Assembly: GCA_964016885.1 (NCBI GenBank)
Contig: OZ024740.1
Coordinates: forward strand, 438,960,001 to 439,024,000
DNA from: Eledone cirrhosa
Taxonomy: Eukaryota
DNA: 64,000 bases
Direction of reading: 5' to 3'
Part shown: positions 14,143 through 27,724 of the stretch, piece after piece
How the letters are laid out: every line of letters starts with the position of its first letter
How positions within the stretch are numbered: the first letter of the stretch is position 1
Program-made: the position numbers and the translations under genes
Notes under the pieces: model-generated
The model's input: only the letters and a program-made list of their open reading frames with translations
The model's database searches: none
What the model was told of the DNA's origin: nothing

Positions 14143-17100
14143 TTGGTATTGTTAGTGTTGTATAGTTACAGTGGTAAAGATGGTGTTGTTATAGTTATAG
14201 TGTAAGGCAGGTGTTGTTAGTGTTGTATAGTTACAGTGGTAAAGATGGTGTTGCTATAGTTATAGTGTAGGGCTGGTGTTGTTAGTGTTGTATAGTTACA
14301 GTGGTAAAGATGGTGTTGTTATAGCTATAGTGTAAGGCTGGTGTTGTTAGTGTTGTAATGGTTACAGTGGTAAAGATGGTGTTGCTATAGTTATAGTGTA
14401 GGGCTGGTGTTGTTAGTGTTGTATAGTTACAGTGGTAAAGATGGTGTTGCTATAGTTATAGTGTAGGGCTGGTGTTGTTAGTGTTGTATAGTTACAGTGG
14501 TAAAGATGGTGTTGCTATAGTTATAGTGTAGGGCTGGTGTTGTTAGTGTTGTATAGTTACAGTGGTAAAGATGGTGTTGTTATAGTTATAGTGTAGGGCT
14601 GGTGTTGTTAGTGTTGTAATGGTTACAGTAGTAAAGATGGTGTTGTTATAGTTATAGTGTAGGGCAGGTGTTGTTAGTGTTGTATAGTTACAGTGGTAAA
14701 GATGGTGTTGTTATAGTTATAGTGTAGGGCTGGTGTTGTTAGTGTTGTATAGTTACAGTGGTAAAGATGGTGTTGTTATAGTTATAGTGTAGGGCTGGTG
14801 TTGTTAGTGTTGTATAGTTACAGTGGTAAAGATGGTGTTGTTATAGTTATAGTGTAAGGCTGGTGTTGTTAGTGTTGTATAGTTACAGTGGTAAAGATGG
14901 TGTTGTTATAGTTATAGTGTAAGGCTGGTGTTGTTAGCGTTGTATAGTTACAGTGGTAAAGATGGTGTTGTTATAGTTATAGTGTAAGGCTGGTGTTGTT
15001 AGTGTTGTATAGTTACAGTGGTAAAGATGGTGTTGTTATAGTTATAGTGTAAGGCTGGTGTTGTTAGTGTTGTATAGTTACAGTGGTAAAGATGGTGTTG
15101 TTATAGTTATAGTGTAAGGCTGGTGTTGTTAGTGTTGTATAGTTACAGTGGTAAAGATGGTGTTGTTATAGTTATAGTGTAGGGCTGGTGTTGTTAGTGT
15201 TGTATAGTTACAGTGGTAAAGATGGTGTTGTTATAGTTATAGTGTAAGGCTGGTGTTGTTAGTGTTGTAATGGTTACAGTGGTAAAGATGGTGTTGTTAT
15301 AGTTATAGTGTAAGGCTGGTGTTGTTAGTGTTGTATAGTTACAGTGGTAAAGATGGTGTTGTTATAGTTATAGTGTAAGGCAGGTGTTGTTAGTGTTGTA
15401 ATGGTTACAGTGGTAAAGATGGTGTTGTTATAGTTATAGTGTAAGGCAGGTGTTGTTAGTGTTGTAATGGTAATAGTGGTAAAGATGGTGTTGTTATAGT
15501 TATAGTGTAAGGCAGGTGTTGTTAGTGTTGTATAGTTACAGTGGTAAAGATGGTGTTGTTATAGTTATAGTGTAAGGCAGGTGTTGTTAGTATTGTATAG
15601 TTACAGTAGTAAAGATGGTGTTGTTATAGTTATAGTGTAAGGCTGGTGTTGTTAGTGTTGTAATGGTTACAGTGGTAAAGATGGTGTTGTTATAGTTATA
15701 GTGTAAGGCTGGTGTTGTTAGTGTTGTATAGTTACAGTGGTAAAGATGGTGTTGTTATAGCTATAGTGTAAGGCTGGTGTTGTTAGTGTTGTAATGGTTA
15801 CAGTGGTAAAGATGGTGTTGTTATAGTTATAGTGTAAGGCTGGTGTTGTTAGTGTTGTATAGTTACAGTGGTAAAGATGGTGTTGTTATAGCTATAGTGT
15901 AAGGCTGGTGTTGTTAGTGTTGTATAGTTACAGTGGTAAAGATGGTGTTGTTATAGTTATAGTGTAAGGCTGGTGTTGTTAGTGTTGTAATGGTTACAGT
16001 GGTAAAGATGATGTTGTTATAGTTATAGTGTAAGGCTGGTGTTGTTAGTGTTGTATAGTTACAGTGGTAAAGATGGTGTTGTTATAGCTATAGTGCAAGG
16101 GTGGTGTTGTTAGTGTTGTATAGTTACAGTGGTAAAGATGGTGTTGTTATAGCTATAGTGTAAGGCTGGTGTTGTTAGTGTTGTAATGGTTATAGTGGTA
16201 AAGATGGTGTTGTTATAGTTATAGTGTAAGGCTGGTGTTGTTAGTGTTGTATAGTTACAGTGGTAAAGATGGTGTTGTTATAGTTATAGTGTAAGACTGG
16301 TGTTGTTAGGGTTGTAATGGTTACAGTGGTAAAGATGGTGTTGTTATAGTTATAGTGTAAGGCAGGTGTTGTTAGTGTTGTAATGGTAATAGTGGTAAAG
16401 ATGGTGTTGTTATAGTTATAGTGTAGGGCAGGTGTTGTTAGTGTTGTAATGGTTACAGTGGTAAAGATGGTGTTGTTATAGTTATAGTGTAAGGCTGGTG
16501 TTGTTAGTGTTGTAATGGTTACAGTGGTAAAGATGGTGTTGTTATAGTTATAGTGTAAGGCTGGTGTTGTTAGTGTTGTATAGTTACAGTAGTAAAGATG
16601 GTGTTGTTATAGTTATAGTGTAAGACTGGTGTTGTTAGGGTTGTAATGGTTACAGTGGTAAAGATGGTGTTGTTATAGTTATAGTGTAAGGCTGGTGTTG
16701 TTAGGGTTGTATAGTTACAGTGGTAAAGATGGTGTTGTTATAGTTATAGTGTAAGGCAGGTGTTGTTAGTGTTGTATAGTTACAGTGGTAAAGATGGTGT
16801 TGTTATAGTTATAGTGTAAGACTGGTGTTGTTAGTGTTGTAATGGTTACAGTGGTAAAGATGGTGTTGTTATAGTTATAGTGTAAGGCTGGTGTTGTTAG
16901 GGTTGTATAGTTACAGTGGTAAAGATGGTGTTGTTATAGTTATAGTTTAAGGGAGGTGTTGTTAGTGTTGTAATGGTTACAGTGGTAAAGATGGTGTTGT
17001 TATAGTTATAGTGTAAGACTGGTGTTGTTAGTGTTGTAATGGTTACAGTGTAAAGATGGTGTTGTTATAGTTATAGTGTAGGGCTGGTGTTGTTAGTGTT

Positions 17101-20100
17101 GTATAGTTACAGTGGTAAAGATGGTGTTGTTATAGTTATAGTGTAGGGCTGGTGTTGTTAGTGTTGTATAGTTACAGTGGTAAAGATGGTGTTGTTATAG
17201 TTATAGTGTAGGGCTGGTGTTGTTAGTGTTGTATAGTTACAGTGGTAAAGATGGTGTTGTTATAGTTATAGTGTAGGGCTGGTGTTGTTAGTGTTGTATA
17301 GTTACAGTGGTAAAGATGGTGTTGTTATAGTTATAGTGTAAGGCAGGTGTTGTTAGTGTTGTATAGTTACAGTGGTAAAGATGGTGTTGTTATAGCTATA
17401 GTGTAGGGCTGGTGTTGTTAGTGTTGTAATGGTTACAGTGGTACAGATGGTGTTGTTATAGTTATAGTGTAGAGCAGGTGTTGTTAGGGTTGTATAGTTA
17501 CAGTGGTAAAGATGGTGTTGTTATAGTTATAGTGTAAGGCTGGTGTTGTTAGTGTTGTAATGGTTACAGTGGTAAAGATGGTGTTGTTATAGTTATAGTG
17601 TAGGGCAGGTGTTGTTAGGGTTGTATAGTTACAGTGGTAAAGATGGTGTTGTTATAGTTATAGTGTAAGGCTGGTGTTGTTAATGTTGTATAGTTACAGT
17701 GGTAAAGATGCTGTTGTTATAGTTATAGTGTAAGGCTGGTGTTGTTAGTGTTGTAATGGTTACAGTGGTAAAGATGGTGTTGTTATAGTTATAGTGTAAG
17801 ACTGGTGTTGTTAGTGTTGTAATGGTTACAGTGGTAAAGATTGTGTTGTTATAGTTATAGTGTAGGGCAGGTGTTGTTAGGGTTGTATAGTTACAGTGGT
17901 AAAGATGGTGTTGTTATAGTTATAGTGTAAGGCTGGTGTTGTTAGTGTTGTAATGGTTACAGTGGTAAAGATGGTGTTGTTATAGTTATAGTGTAAGACT
18001 GGTGTTGTTAGTGTTGTATAGTTACAGTGGTAAAGATGGTGTTGTTATAGTTATAGTGTAAGGCTGGTGTTGTTAGTGTTGTATAGTTACAGTGGTAAAG
18101 ATGGTGTTGTTATAGTTATAGTGTAAGGCTGGTGTTGTTAGTGTTGTAATGGTTACAGTGGTAAAGATGGTGTTGTTATAGTTATAGTGTAGGGCTGGTG
18201 TTGTTAGTGCTGTATAGTTACAGTGGTAAAGATGCTGTTGTTATAGTTATAGTGTAGGGCTGGTGTTGTTAGTGTTGTATAGTTACAGTGGTAAAGATGG
18301 TGTTGTTATAGTTATAGTGTAAGGCAGGTGTTGTTAGTGTTGTATAGTTACAGTGGTAAAGATGGTGTTGTTATAGTTATAGTGTAAGGCAGGTGTTGTT
18401 AGTGTTGTATAGTTACAGTAGTAAAGATGGTGTTGTTATAGTTATAGTGTAAGGCTGGTGTTGTTAGTGTTGTAATGGTTACAGTGGTAAAGATGGTGTT
18501 GTTATAGTTATAGTGTAAGGCTGGTGTTGTTAGTGTTGTATAGTTACAGTGGTAAAGATGGTGTTGTTATAGCTATAGTGTAAGGCTGGTGTTGTTAGTG
18601 TTGTAATGGTTACAGTGGTAAAGATGGTGTTGTTATAGTTATAGTGTAAGGCTGGTGTTGTTAGTGTTGTATAGTTACAGTGGTAAAGATGGTGTTGTTA
18701 TAGCTATGGTGTAAGGCTGGTGTTGTTAGTGTTGTATAGTTACAGTGGTAAAGATGGTGTTGTTATAGCTATAGTGTAAGGCTGGTGTTGTTAGTGTTGT
18801 ATAGTTACAGTGGTAAAGATGGTGTTGTTATAGCTATAGTGTAAGGCTGGTGTTGTTAGTGTTGTAATGGTTATAGTGGTAAAGATGGTGTTGTTATAGT
18901 TATAGTGTAAGGCTGGTGTTGTTAGTGTTGTATAGTTACAGTGGTAAAGATGGTGTTGTTATAGTTATAGTGTAAGACTGGTGTTGTTAGGGTTGTAATG
19001 GTTACAGTGGTAAAGATGGTGTTGTTATAGTTATAGTGTAAGGCAGGTGTTGTTAGTGTTGTAATGGTAATAGTGGTAAAGATGGTGTTGTTATAGTTAT
19101 AGTGTAGGGCAGGTGTTGTTAGTGTTGTAATGGTTACAGTGGTAAAGATGGTGTTGTTATAGTTATAGTGTAAGGCTGGTGTTGTTAGTGTTGTAATGGT
19201 TACAGTGGTAAAGATGGTGTTGTTATAGTTATAGTGTAAGGCTGGTGTTGTTAGTGTTGTATAGTTACAGTAGTAAAGATGGTGTTGTTATAGTTATAGT
19301 GTAAGACTGGTGTTGTTAGGGTTGTAATGGTTACAGTGGTAAAGATGGTGTTGTTATAGTTATAGTGTAAGGCTGGTGTTGTTAGGGTTGTATAGTTACA
19401 GTGGTAAAGATGGTGTTGTTATAGTTATAGTGTAAGGCAGGTGTTGTTAGTGTTGTATAGTTACAGTGGTAAAGATGGTGTTGTTATAGTTATAGTGTAA
19501 GACTGGTGTTGTTAGTGTTGTAATGGTTACAGTGGTAAAGATGGTGTTGTTATAGTTATAGTGTAAGGCTGGTGTTGTTAGGGTTGTATAGTTACAGTGG
19601 TAAAGATGGTGTTGTTATAGTTATAGTGTAAGGCAGGTGTTGTTAGTGTTGTAATGGTTACAGTGGTAAAGATGGTGTTGTTATAGTTATAGTGTAAGAC
19701 TGGTGTTGTTAGTGTTGTAATGGTTACAGTGGTAAAGATGGTGTTGTTATAGTTATAGTGTAGGGCTGGTGTTGTTAGTGTTGTATAGTTACAGTGGTAA
19801 AGATGGTGTTGTTATAGTTATAGTGTAGGGCTGGTGTTGTTAGTGTTGTATAGTTACAGTGGTAAAGATGGTGTTGTTATAGTTATAGTGTAGGGCTGGT
19901 GTTGTTAGTGTTGTATAGTTACAGTGGTAAAGATGGTGTTGTTATAGTTATAGTGTAGGGCTGGTGTTGTTAGTGTTGTATAGTTACAGTGGTAAAGATG
20001 GTGTTGTTATAGTTATAGTGTAAGGCAGGTGTTGTTAGTGTTGTATAGTTACAGTGGTAAAGATGGTGTTGTTATAGCTATAGTGTAGGGCTGGTGTTGT

Positions 20101-22490
20101 TAGTGTTGTAATGGTTACAGTGGTACAGATGGTGTTGTTATAGTTATAGTGTAGAGCAGGTGTTGTTAGGGTTGTATAGTTACAGTGGTAAAGATGGTGT
20201 TGTTATAGTTATAGTGTAAGGCTGGTGTTGTTAGTGTTGTAATGGTTACAGTGGTAAAGATGGTGTTGTTATAGTTATAGTGTAGGGCAGGTGTTGTTAG
20301 GGTTGTATAGTTACAGTGGTAAAGATGGTGTTGTTATAGTTATAGTGTAAGGCTGGTGTTGTTAGTGTTGTATAGTTACAGTGGTAAAGATGCTGTTGTT
20401 ATAGTTATAGTGTAAGGCTGGTGTTGTTAGTGTTGTAATGGTTACAGTGGTAAAGATGGTGTTGTTATAGTTATAGTGTAAGACTGGTGTTGTTAGTGTT
20501 GTAATGGTTACAGTGGTAAAGATTGTGTTGTTATAGTTATAGTGTAGGGCAGGTGTTGTTAGGGTTGTATAGTTACAGTGGTAAAGATGGTGTTGTTATA
20601 GTTATAGTGTAAGGCTGGTGTTGTTAGTGTTGTAATGGTTACAGTGGTAAAGATGGTGTTGTTATAGTTATAGTGTAAGACTGGTGTTGTTAGTGTTGTA
20701 TAGTTACAGTGGTAAAGATGGTGTTGTTATAGTTATAGTGTAAGGCTGGTGTTGTTAGTGTTGTATAGTTACAGTGGTAAAGATGGTGTTGTTATAGTTA
20801 TAGTGTAAGGCTGGTGTTGTTAGTGTTGTAATGGTTACAGTGGTAAAGATGGTGTTGTTATAGTTATAGTGTAGGGCTGGTGTTGTTAGTGCTGTATAGT
20901 TACAGTGGTAAAGATGCTGTTGTTATAGTTATAGTGTAGGGCTGGTGTTGTTAGTGTTGTATAGTTACAGTGGTAAAGATGGTGTTGTTATAGTTATAGT
21001 GTAAGGCTGGTGTTGTTAGTGTTGTATAGTTACAGTGGTAAATATGGTTTTGTTATAGTTATAGTGTAGGGCTGGTGTTGTTAGTGTTGTAATGGTTACA
21101 GTGGTAAAGATGGTGTTGTTATAGTTATAGTGTAAGGCTGGTGTTGTTAGTGTTGTATAGTTACAGTGGTAAAGATGGTGTTGTTATAGTTATAGTGTAG
21201 GGCTGGTGTTGTTAGTGTTGTATAGTTACAGTGGTAAAGATGGTGTTGTTATAGTTATAGTGTAGGGCTGGTGTTGTTAGGGTTGTATAGTTACAGTGGT
21301 AAAGATGGTGTTGTTATAGTTATAGTGTAAGGCAGGTGTTGTTAGGGTTGTATAGTTACAGTGGTAAAGATGGTGTTGTTATAGTTATAGTGTAAGGCTG
21401 GTGTTGTTATTGTTGTATAGTTACAGTGGTAAAGATGGTGTTGTTATAGTTACAGTGTAAGGCTGGTGTTGTTAGTGTTGTAATGGTTACAGTAGTAAAG
21501 ATGGTGTTGTTATAGTTATAGTGTAGGGCTGGTGTTGTTAGTGTTGTATAGTTACAGTGGTAAAGATGGTGTTGTTATAGTTATAGTGTAAGGCAGGTGT
21601 TGTTAGTGTTGTATAGTTACAGTAGTAAAGATGGTGTTGTTATAGTTATAGTGTAGGGCTGGTGTTGTTAGTGTTGTATAGTTACAGTGGTAAAGATGGT
21701 GTTGTTATAGTTATAGTGTAAGGCAGGTGTTGTTAGTGTTGTATAGTTACAGTAGTAAAGATGGTGTTGTTATAGTTATAGTGTAGGGCTGGTGTTGTTA
21801 GGGTTGTATAGTTACAGTGGTAAAGATGGTGTTGTTATAGTTATAGTGTAAGGCTGGTGTTGTTAGGGTTGTATAGTTACAGTGGTAAAGATGGTGTTGT
21901 TATAGTTATAGTGTAAGGCAGGTGTTGTTAGTGTTGTATAGTTACAGTAGTAAAGATGGTGTTGTTATAGTTATAGTGTAGGGCTGGTGTTGTTAGGGTT
22001 GTATAGTTACAGTGGTAAAGATGGTGTTGTTATAGTTATAGTGTAAGGCAGGTGTTGTTAGTGTTGTAATGGTTACAGTAGTAAAGATGGTGTTGTTATA
22101 GTTATAGTGTAAGGCTGGTGTTGTTAGGGTTGTATAGTTACAGTGGTAAAGATGGTGTTGTTATAGTTATAGTGTAAGGCTGGTGTTGTTAGTGTTGTAT
22201 AGTTACAGTGGTAAAGATGGTGTTGCTATAGTTATAGTGTAAGGCAGGTGTTGTTAGTGTTGTATAGTTACAGTAGTAAAGATGGTGTTGTTATAGTTAT
22301 AGTGTAGGGCTGGTGTTGTTAGGGCTGTAATGGTTACAGTGGTAAAGATGGTGTTGTTATAGTTATAGTGTAAGGCTGGTGTTGTTAGTGTTGTATAGTT
22401 ACAGTGGTAAAGATGGTGTTGTTATAGTTATAGTGTAAGGCAGGTGTTGTTAGTGTTTTAATGGTCACATTGTAAGGCTGATGTTGTTAG
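14143..22490. repeat. Satellite array, 65/66-bp GT-rich unit, about 127 copies
   Basis: Tandem GGTGTTGTTAGTGTTGTATAGTTACAGTGGTAAAGATGGTGTTGTTATAGTTATAGTGTAAGGCT with few variants. Confidence 0.98.
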
Positions 22491-22903
22491 TGTAATTAAG
22501 GTGTTTATGGGGATTATTTAGACTTACAATTACCGTTGTTTTTACTGGCAATGTTCGTGTTAATGAGGAAGTTGGTGACGGTTTTCACAGTAGCATTGCC
22601 TTTTAAGGTAGTACTATGGTCAGTTTATTGTTTTTGTTGTTTAAATCCAAATCGATCAGCTCTTACCAGGAAGACATGTGATCAAAGGCATACCACCCAT
22701 CACTATCTTCTCTTTCTAAAGGCATATAAAACTATGTTATCCTTTATTAAGAAACTTGAGCATTATTTGAGGGATATTTTGACTGCTATTTCCAGTACAT
22801 CGAGCCATCTCAAACAGGCTCCAACAGTGGCTCGAATATTACTATGTAACTTAGTATAGAGAGTGAGAAGGTTATATATAAAAAGTATGGTTTCTCTCTC
22901 GTT

Positions 22904-22952
<49 letters not shown>

Positions 22953-23607
22953 TCTCTTCCTCTCTCTCTCTCCATCTCTCTTCCTCTCCCTCTCCCTCTC
23001 CCTCTTTCTATATCATATACACACAGACACACACATATACATACATATATATATATGTGTGTGTGCGTGTGTGTGTGTATGAGCGTGTATCTATAAATAT
23101 ATACTTATGTATGAAATATATCTGCATACGTGTGCGCGTGTAGTTGTGCGTCTGTATATAAACTCATATATATATATACATCTATAAATATATAGATATG
23201 TAAAAATATGTATACCTGTGCCAATATGTGTGTGTGGGCATGTATACCTGTACGCGTATGTATGAATGTTCCGCCTATAAATGTTTGTATATGTGTGTGT
23301 ATAGTTTTGTACAAGTGTGTGTACAAGTGTCGGTGTATAAGTGTGTATACAAGTGTGTATATAAATGTGTATATAGTTATTTGCCAGTTCTGCAGCGTTA
23401 GGTATCTAGTAGGGAGATGGCAGATGATTTACTTACACCATAGAACAAGACGAGGGTTATAATAAAAAAAGAAGCAACAACAGTGAGGGTAACTATGAAT
23501 ATATGTCACCAGCAACTGAAGACATTTCAGTTTTACCAGTTGATTGACAGAAGATAAACAGTTGTAGTCTCTTGGTAGCTTCACATCGTTCATATACTAG
23601 CCGTTGA

Positions 23608-23703
<96 letters not shown>

Positions 23704-24215
23704 AAGAAGAAAGAAAACGTTGATGGAGAGTAAAGGGGGCGTGCAGGAGGAAAGGTAGGAGTGAAGAGGGAAGGTGAAAAGGTGAGGAAATGGGTGGATG
23801 AGAAGGTGGGTGAGGCTGTAATATCGGGGAAAAGAAGAAATGTTTTGTGTTTGTCTTTTTTCCCCCCAGAAATTCATATTGCCATTCAAATCTTAGCTGA
23901 TAATTCCTTGAGCGGAGCAGCCGAGAGAATGTTAATTTCGGGCCCTCTGGAGGAAATATCTCCGTTTTTGTTGTTGTAGTAGTTGTTGTAGTAGTAGTTG
24001 TTGTTGTAGTAGTTGTCGTAGTAGTAGTTGTTGTTGTAGTAGTTGTTGAAGTAGTAGTTGTTGTTGTAGTAGTTGTAGTAGTAGTTGTTGTTGTAGTAGT
24101 TGTTGTAGTAGTTGTTGTAGTTGTTGTTGTTACTGTACTTTTGCATACACAAGCATACAAATACACTCATTTGTATATATACATTTTTATATATATGAAT
24201 GAATCTACATAGATT

Positions 24216-24293
<78 letters not shown>
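23608..24293. repeat. Microsatellite cluster: (AAT)n(AAG)n, (GTT/GTA)n, (TA)n
   Basis: Directly visible simple repeats at about 23608-23710, 23969-24131 and 24222-24293. Confidence 0.95.
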
Positions 24294-24296
<3 letters not shown>

Positions 24297-24779
24297 CGTG
24301 TGTGTATGTATATACAAATAAATATGTATCTATAGATACATACATATATATACATTTTTATATATGAATGAATCTACTTAGATTTATATTATATTATATA
24401 TATATGTATATATATATGAATATGTATGTATATATATATAAATACATACATATATATTTATTTATATAGATAGATAGGTATATATAAGGAAAGAGAGAGA
24501 AAGTGAGGGTGGTTTATAGACCTACGTGAGTACACGTGTGTGTATTACACTGGTAAATAGATAAACGCTTCGCATGAAAATCAATTTATTTAAAAATCAG
24601 GCTCTTACTACCTTTGATAGGATCCCGTCCTTATCCAGTCGAAATATTTGGGATCAACTCGTATTGAAATGGTTTTTACGTAGAACTTTGTCCAGGGTGG
24701 GATACACGGATGTTTATGAAATACTGCCGAGGTACAAGATATTAATGCCTGTTGTGGGGACGATAGTTACAAATTAATG

Positions 24780-25062
24780 CATCCTCGGTCGGTTACGACG
24801 ATGGACGTTCAATTCTGCGACCAGCTGGATGTTGATTTCCTGGATTAACATATAAGTGGTTCAGTATTCCACAGTATTACCCTTAACGGCATCCCCAAAC
24901 CTAGCGTGATGCAACGTCACAAGACTTGACCATTGATATTCATCCGATGGACTTTTATGCAATTTCACTCATAAATTGACCTGTGGCTATGGTAAAGGAA
25001 CTTGCCTAAGATACCACCCAGTGGGATCGAAACTGACCTGATGATTGTGAAGCAAGTACTTC
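24780..25062 (-). mobile_element. Decayed tRNA-derived SINE (family A variant)
   Basis: Reverse-complement similarity to 32760-33045; degenerate B-box region near 25025. Confidence 0.6.
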
Positions 25063-25063
25063 G

Positions 25064-25347
25064 CCTATATTTATATAACAAACACCTATATTTATATAAC
25101 AAACACCTATATTTATATGACAAACGCCTATATTTATATAACAAACACCTATATTTATATGACAAACGCCTATATTTATATAACAAACACCTATATTTAT
25201 ATAACAAACACCTATATGTATATAACAAACACCTATATGTTATGACAAACAGCTATATTTATATAACAAACACCTATATTTATATAACAAACACTTATAT
25301 TTATATAACAAACACTTATATTTATATAACAAACACCTATATTTATG
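25064..25347. repeat. Minisatellite, 21-bp unit (CCTATATTTATATAACAAACA) x about 13
   Basis: Directly visible tandem units. Confidence 0.95.
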
Positions 25348-25630
25348 AACTAAACAAAAAAATCAGAATATATTATATTTACGACATAACTGAAGATGTT
25401 TATTTATAGCCTCTAAAGTCCGAATGAAGTCAAAATTAAACATTAAAAAATACATTTTAAATATTTTGTTTGCTCTTTATAAACTTTAATTTTCTATATG
25501 CTGGGAATTACTTTGTTAATAGAGCAATAAGCCAGTATTATTTAAATGAAGTAAATTAATTTTAGAATCTTCCACTTTTTAACATTCTATAAATAAATAC
25601 CCTGTAGTTTTGATACATCCACGTTGGAAT

Positions 25631-25818
25631 ATACAGGGTGGGTCGTAGGTGGTGCTGTGATATACAGGGTGGGTCGTAGGTGGTGTTGTAATATACAGGG
25701 TGGGTCGTAGGTGGTGTTGTGATATACAGGGTGGGTCGTAGGTGGCGCTGTGATATACAGGGTGTGCCGTAGGGGTGCTGTGATATACAGGGTAGGCCAT
25801 AGGGGGTGCTGTGATATA
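25631..25818. repeat. 30/31-bp minisatellite x6 derived from the left TIR of the adjacent MITE
   Basis: Each unit begins TATACAGGGTG/A, like the MITE end at 25817. Confidence 0.85.
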
Positions 25819-25926
25819 CAGGGTGGGCCGTAAGTCGCAGCAAAGCATTAAAACAATTTTGTATACATGTAATGTTAATACGGTAAGACCTTTAATGTTT
25901 TGGTGCGAGATTTAAGGCCAACCCTG
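25819..25926. mobile_element. Tc1/mariner-type MITE, about 35-bp imperfect TIRs, TA flanks
   Basis: TA|CAGGGTGGGCCGTAAGTCGCAGCAAAGCATTAAA ... TTTAATGTTTTGGTGCGAGATTTAAGGCCAACCCTG|TA. Confidence 0.75.
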
Positions 25927-26918
25927 TATATTAGCTTTTGCATCTTTTGTTAAACGTTTAAAGTCTGTTAGGTAAGTACCATGAAAATAAGTGCCCCCAA
26001 ACGGGGAGAAATGAGGAAAAATGGGGAGATTTTACTTAATGAAAGCTATAGCTATTTTCACAAGAGAAGACATCTCTCACCCACCTGAAAGTGGGTGGAT
26101 GATCTCCCCGTCGAACGGAGAGAGTTGACAGGTCTGTTTAAACTGATGTCTTTGTGGTTAGTAAAAGATCTAACTGGTATAGTATAATTTACAAACATTT
26201 CATGTTTTCAAAACAAAAAAGTTAAAAAGAAAGGGCAATAAATTGATTTAGTATATTCTAAACTTCTCCGAGAATATTCTTGTACTATAAATGCCATTGC
26301 TTCTAACTATTGTTAAGCTGTCATGTCTCATAGGAAGGCAATATCTTGCTGACATTTTCGTCCAACTGCCAATGATCTTGTCAGGATCAGCAACTATTAT
26401 CATTACAATTATTAGTTATCCTAAGGGATAATAATATTGAGGCTGACTAGATATTTTACAGTGTTTAGTTCTGTAGGTGACTGTTATGTGATGAAACTGG
26501 TGCCCAGTTTGTAATATTAATTCAGTCCCCTATATCCCCTTTTATGTATTTTCTAAACATTTGCAAAGTGAAGATAGATTATTATTAGTTTTCAATATTT
26601 AAGTTTTAGTCAATAATATTCTCTTGTATTTTGGATAGAGAAATAATCCAAAGTGTGAAGTGTTATGCCAATCATCAATACATCATTAATCATTCTCTTT
26701 TATCAATATCTATTGAATTACGACTATTGAAAACATGTTCATATGTACTATGTCTTCAAAGACACATTTCACTAGATCTCTGGATGAAATGTTTTAAAAT
26801 GTATTATCCTATATTCACTGGCTGAATTTGATGAGTTCACATGTATGTATTTATACATTTATTTATGAATATTTAATTATAGAGATATATGTATTATTTA
26901 TGCATGCATGTATACATA

Positions 26919-27229
26919 TGAAGGTATATGGCTAGTGGTTAGAGCGTTGGGCTCGCGATCGGGAGGTTGTGAGTTCGATTTTTAGACCGGTTGATCCGTC
27001 GTGTACTTGAGCAAGACACTTTATTTCACGTTGTTCCAGTTTACTCAGCTGTAGAAATAAGTTGCCAAGCTATATCGTTCTTTGCCTTTCTCTTGGACAA
27101 CATTAATGGCATGGAGAGAGGAGGCTGGTCTTCTACAATCACACCTTGCCGGACTTGTACCTCGGAAGAGAGCTTTCTATGTACAAATCCCAGGTCATTC
27201 GTGACTGAATGGGATCTTTACCTTTTACC
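26919..27229 (+). mobile_element. tRNA-derived SINE family A
   Basis: A-box-like TGGCTAGTGGTT, B-box GAGTTCGATT, body CTTGAGCAAGACACTTTATTTCACGTTG shared with the 34274 copy. Confidence 0.85.
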
Positions 27230-27724
27230 GTATGTATACATGTATTTATGTTCTGCTTTATTATTCTATAACATTTCACCAGCAAAGCGAGAGCCGGTAT
27301 CTAACATAGAGATAAGACATCTTAGGTAAGTACGTATGTCTATGAATTTGTGTAAGTTGTGTGCAGATGTAGGTGTTAGTGGATGTGTAGATTGTATGTT
27401 TTCAGTTATATCTGTACACCGGCAAATTCCAGGTTTTGACTACTCTTTTATATCATGTGTGCCCTCCATATCACTGTAACTGTTTATTGTCAGGGCTATA
27501 TTTTCTACGGGTTACATTGAATAGTGTTCTGACCACTACAACATGTCTCGCCGTGATGACATCTCTGGACACCTGCTTATGACATGGGTGACCTCTTCGT
27601 TATTTATTCCGTCTGCATTTGTTGTCACATCTAGGTGTTTTGTCTGCATCCCCATATCGTGTGGGCAACACGTATTTCGTAGATCAAGGAAAACAACGCT
27701 CGATCTGTTGGAAGAGAGCTTATT

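Noticed and set aside
14143-22490. TTAGGG hexamers suggesting telomeric origin
   Set aside because: Isolated single-substitution variants of TTAGTG, never in tandem.
26020-26135. Hairpin-rich segment ending GAGAGTTGACAGGTCTG, possible DNA-transposon end
   Set aside because: No partner TIR or target-site duplication found in the window.
26919-26990. tRNA gene
   Set aside because: A/B boxes belong to a SINE head followed by a conserved SINE body; no full cloverleaf.
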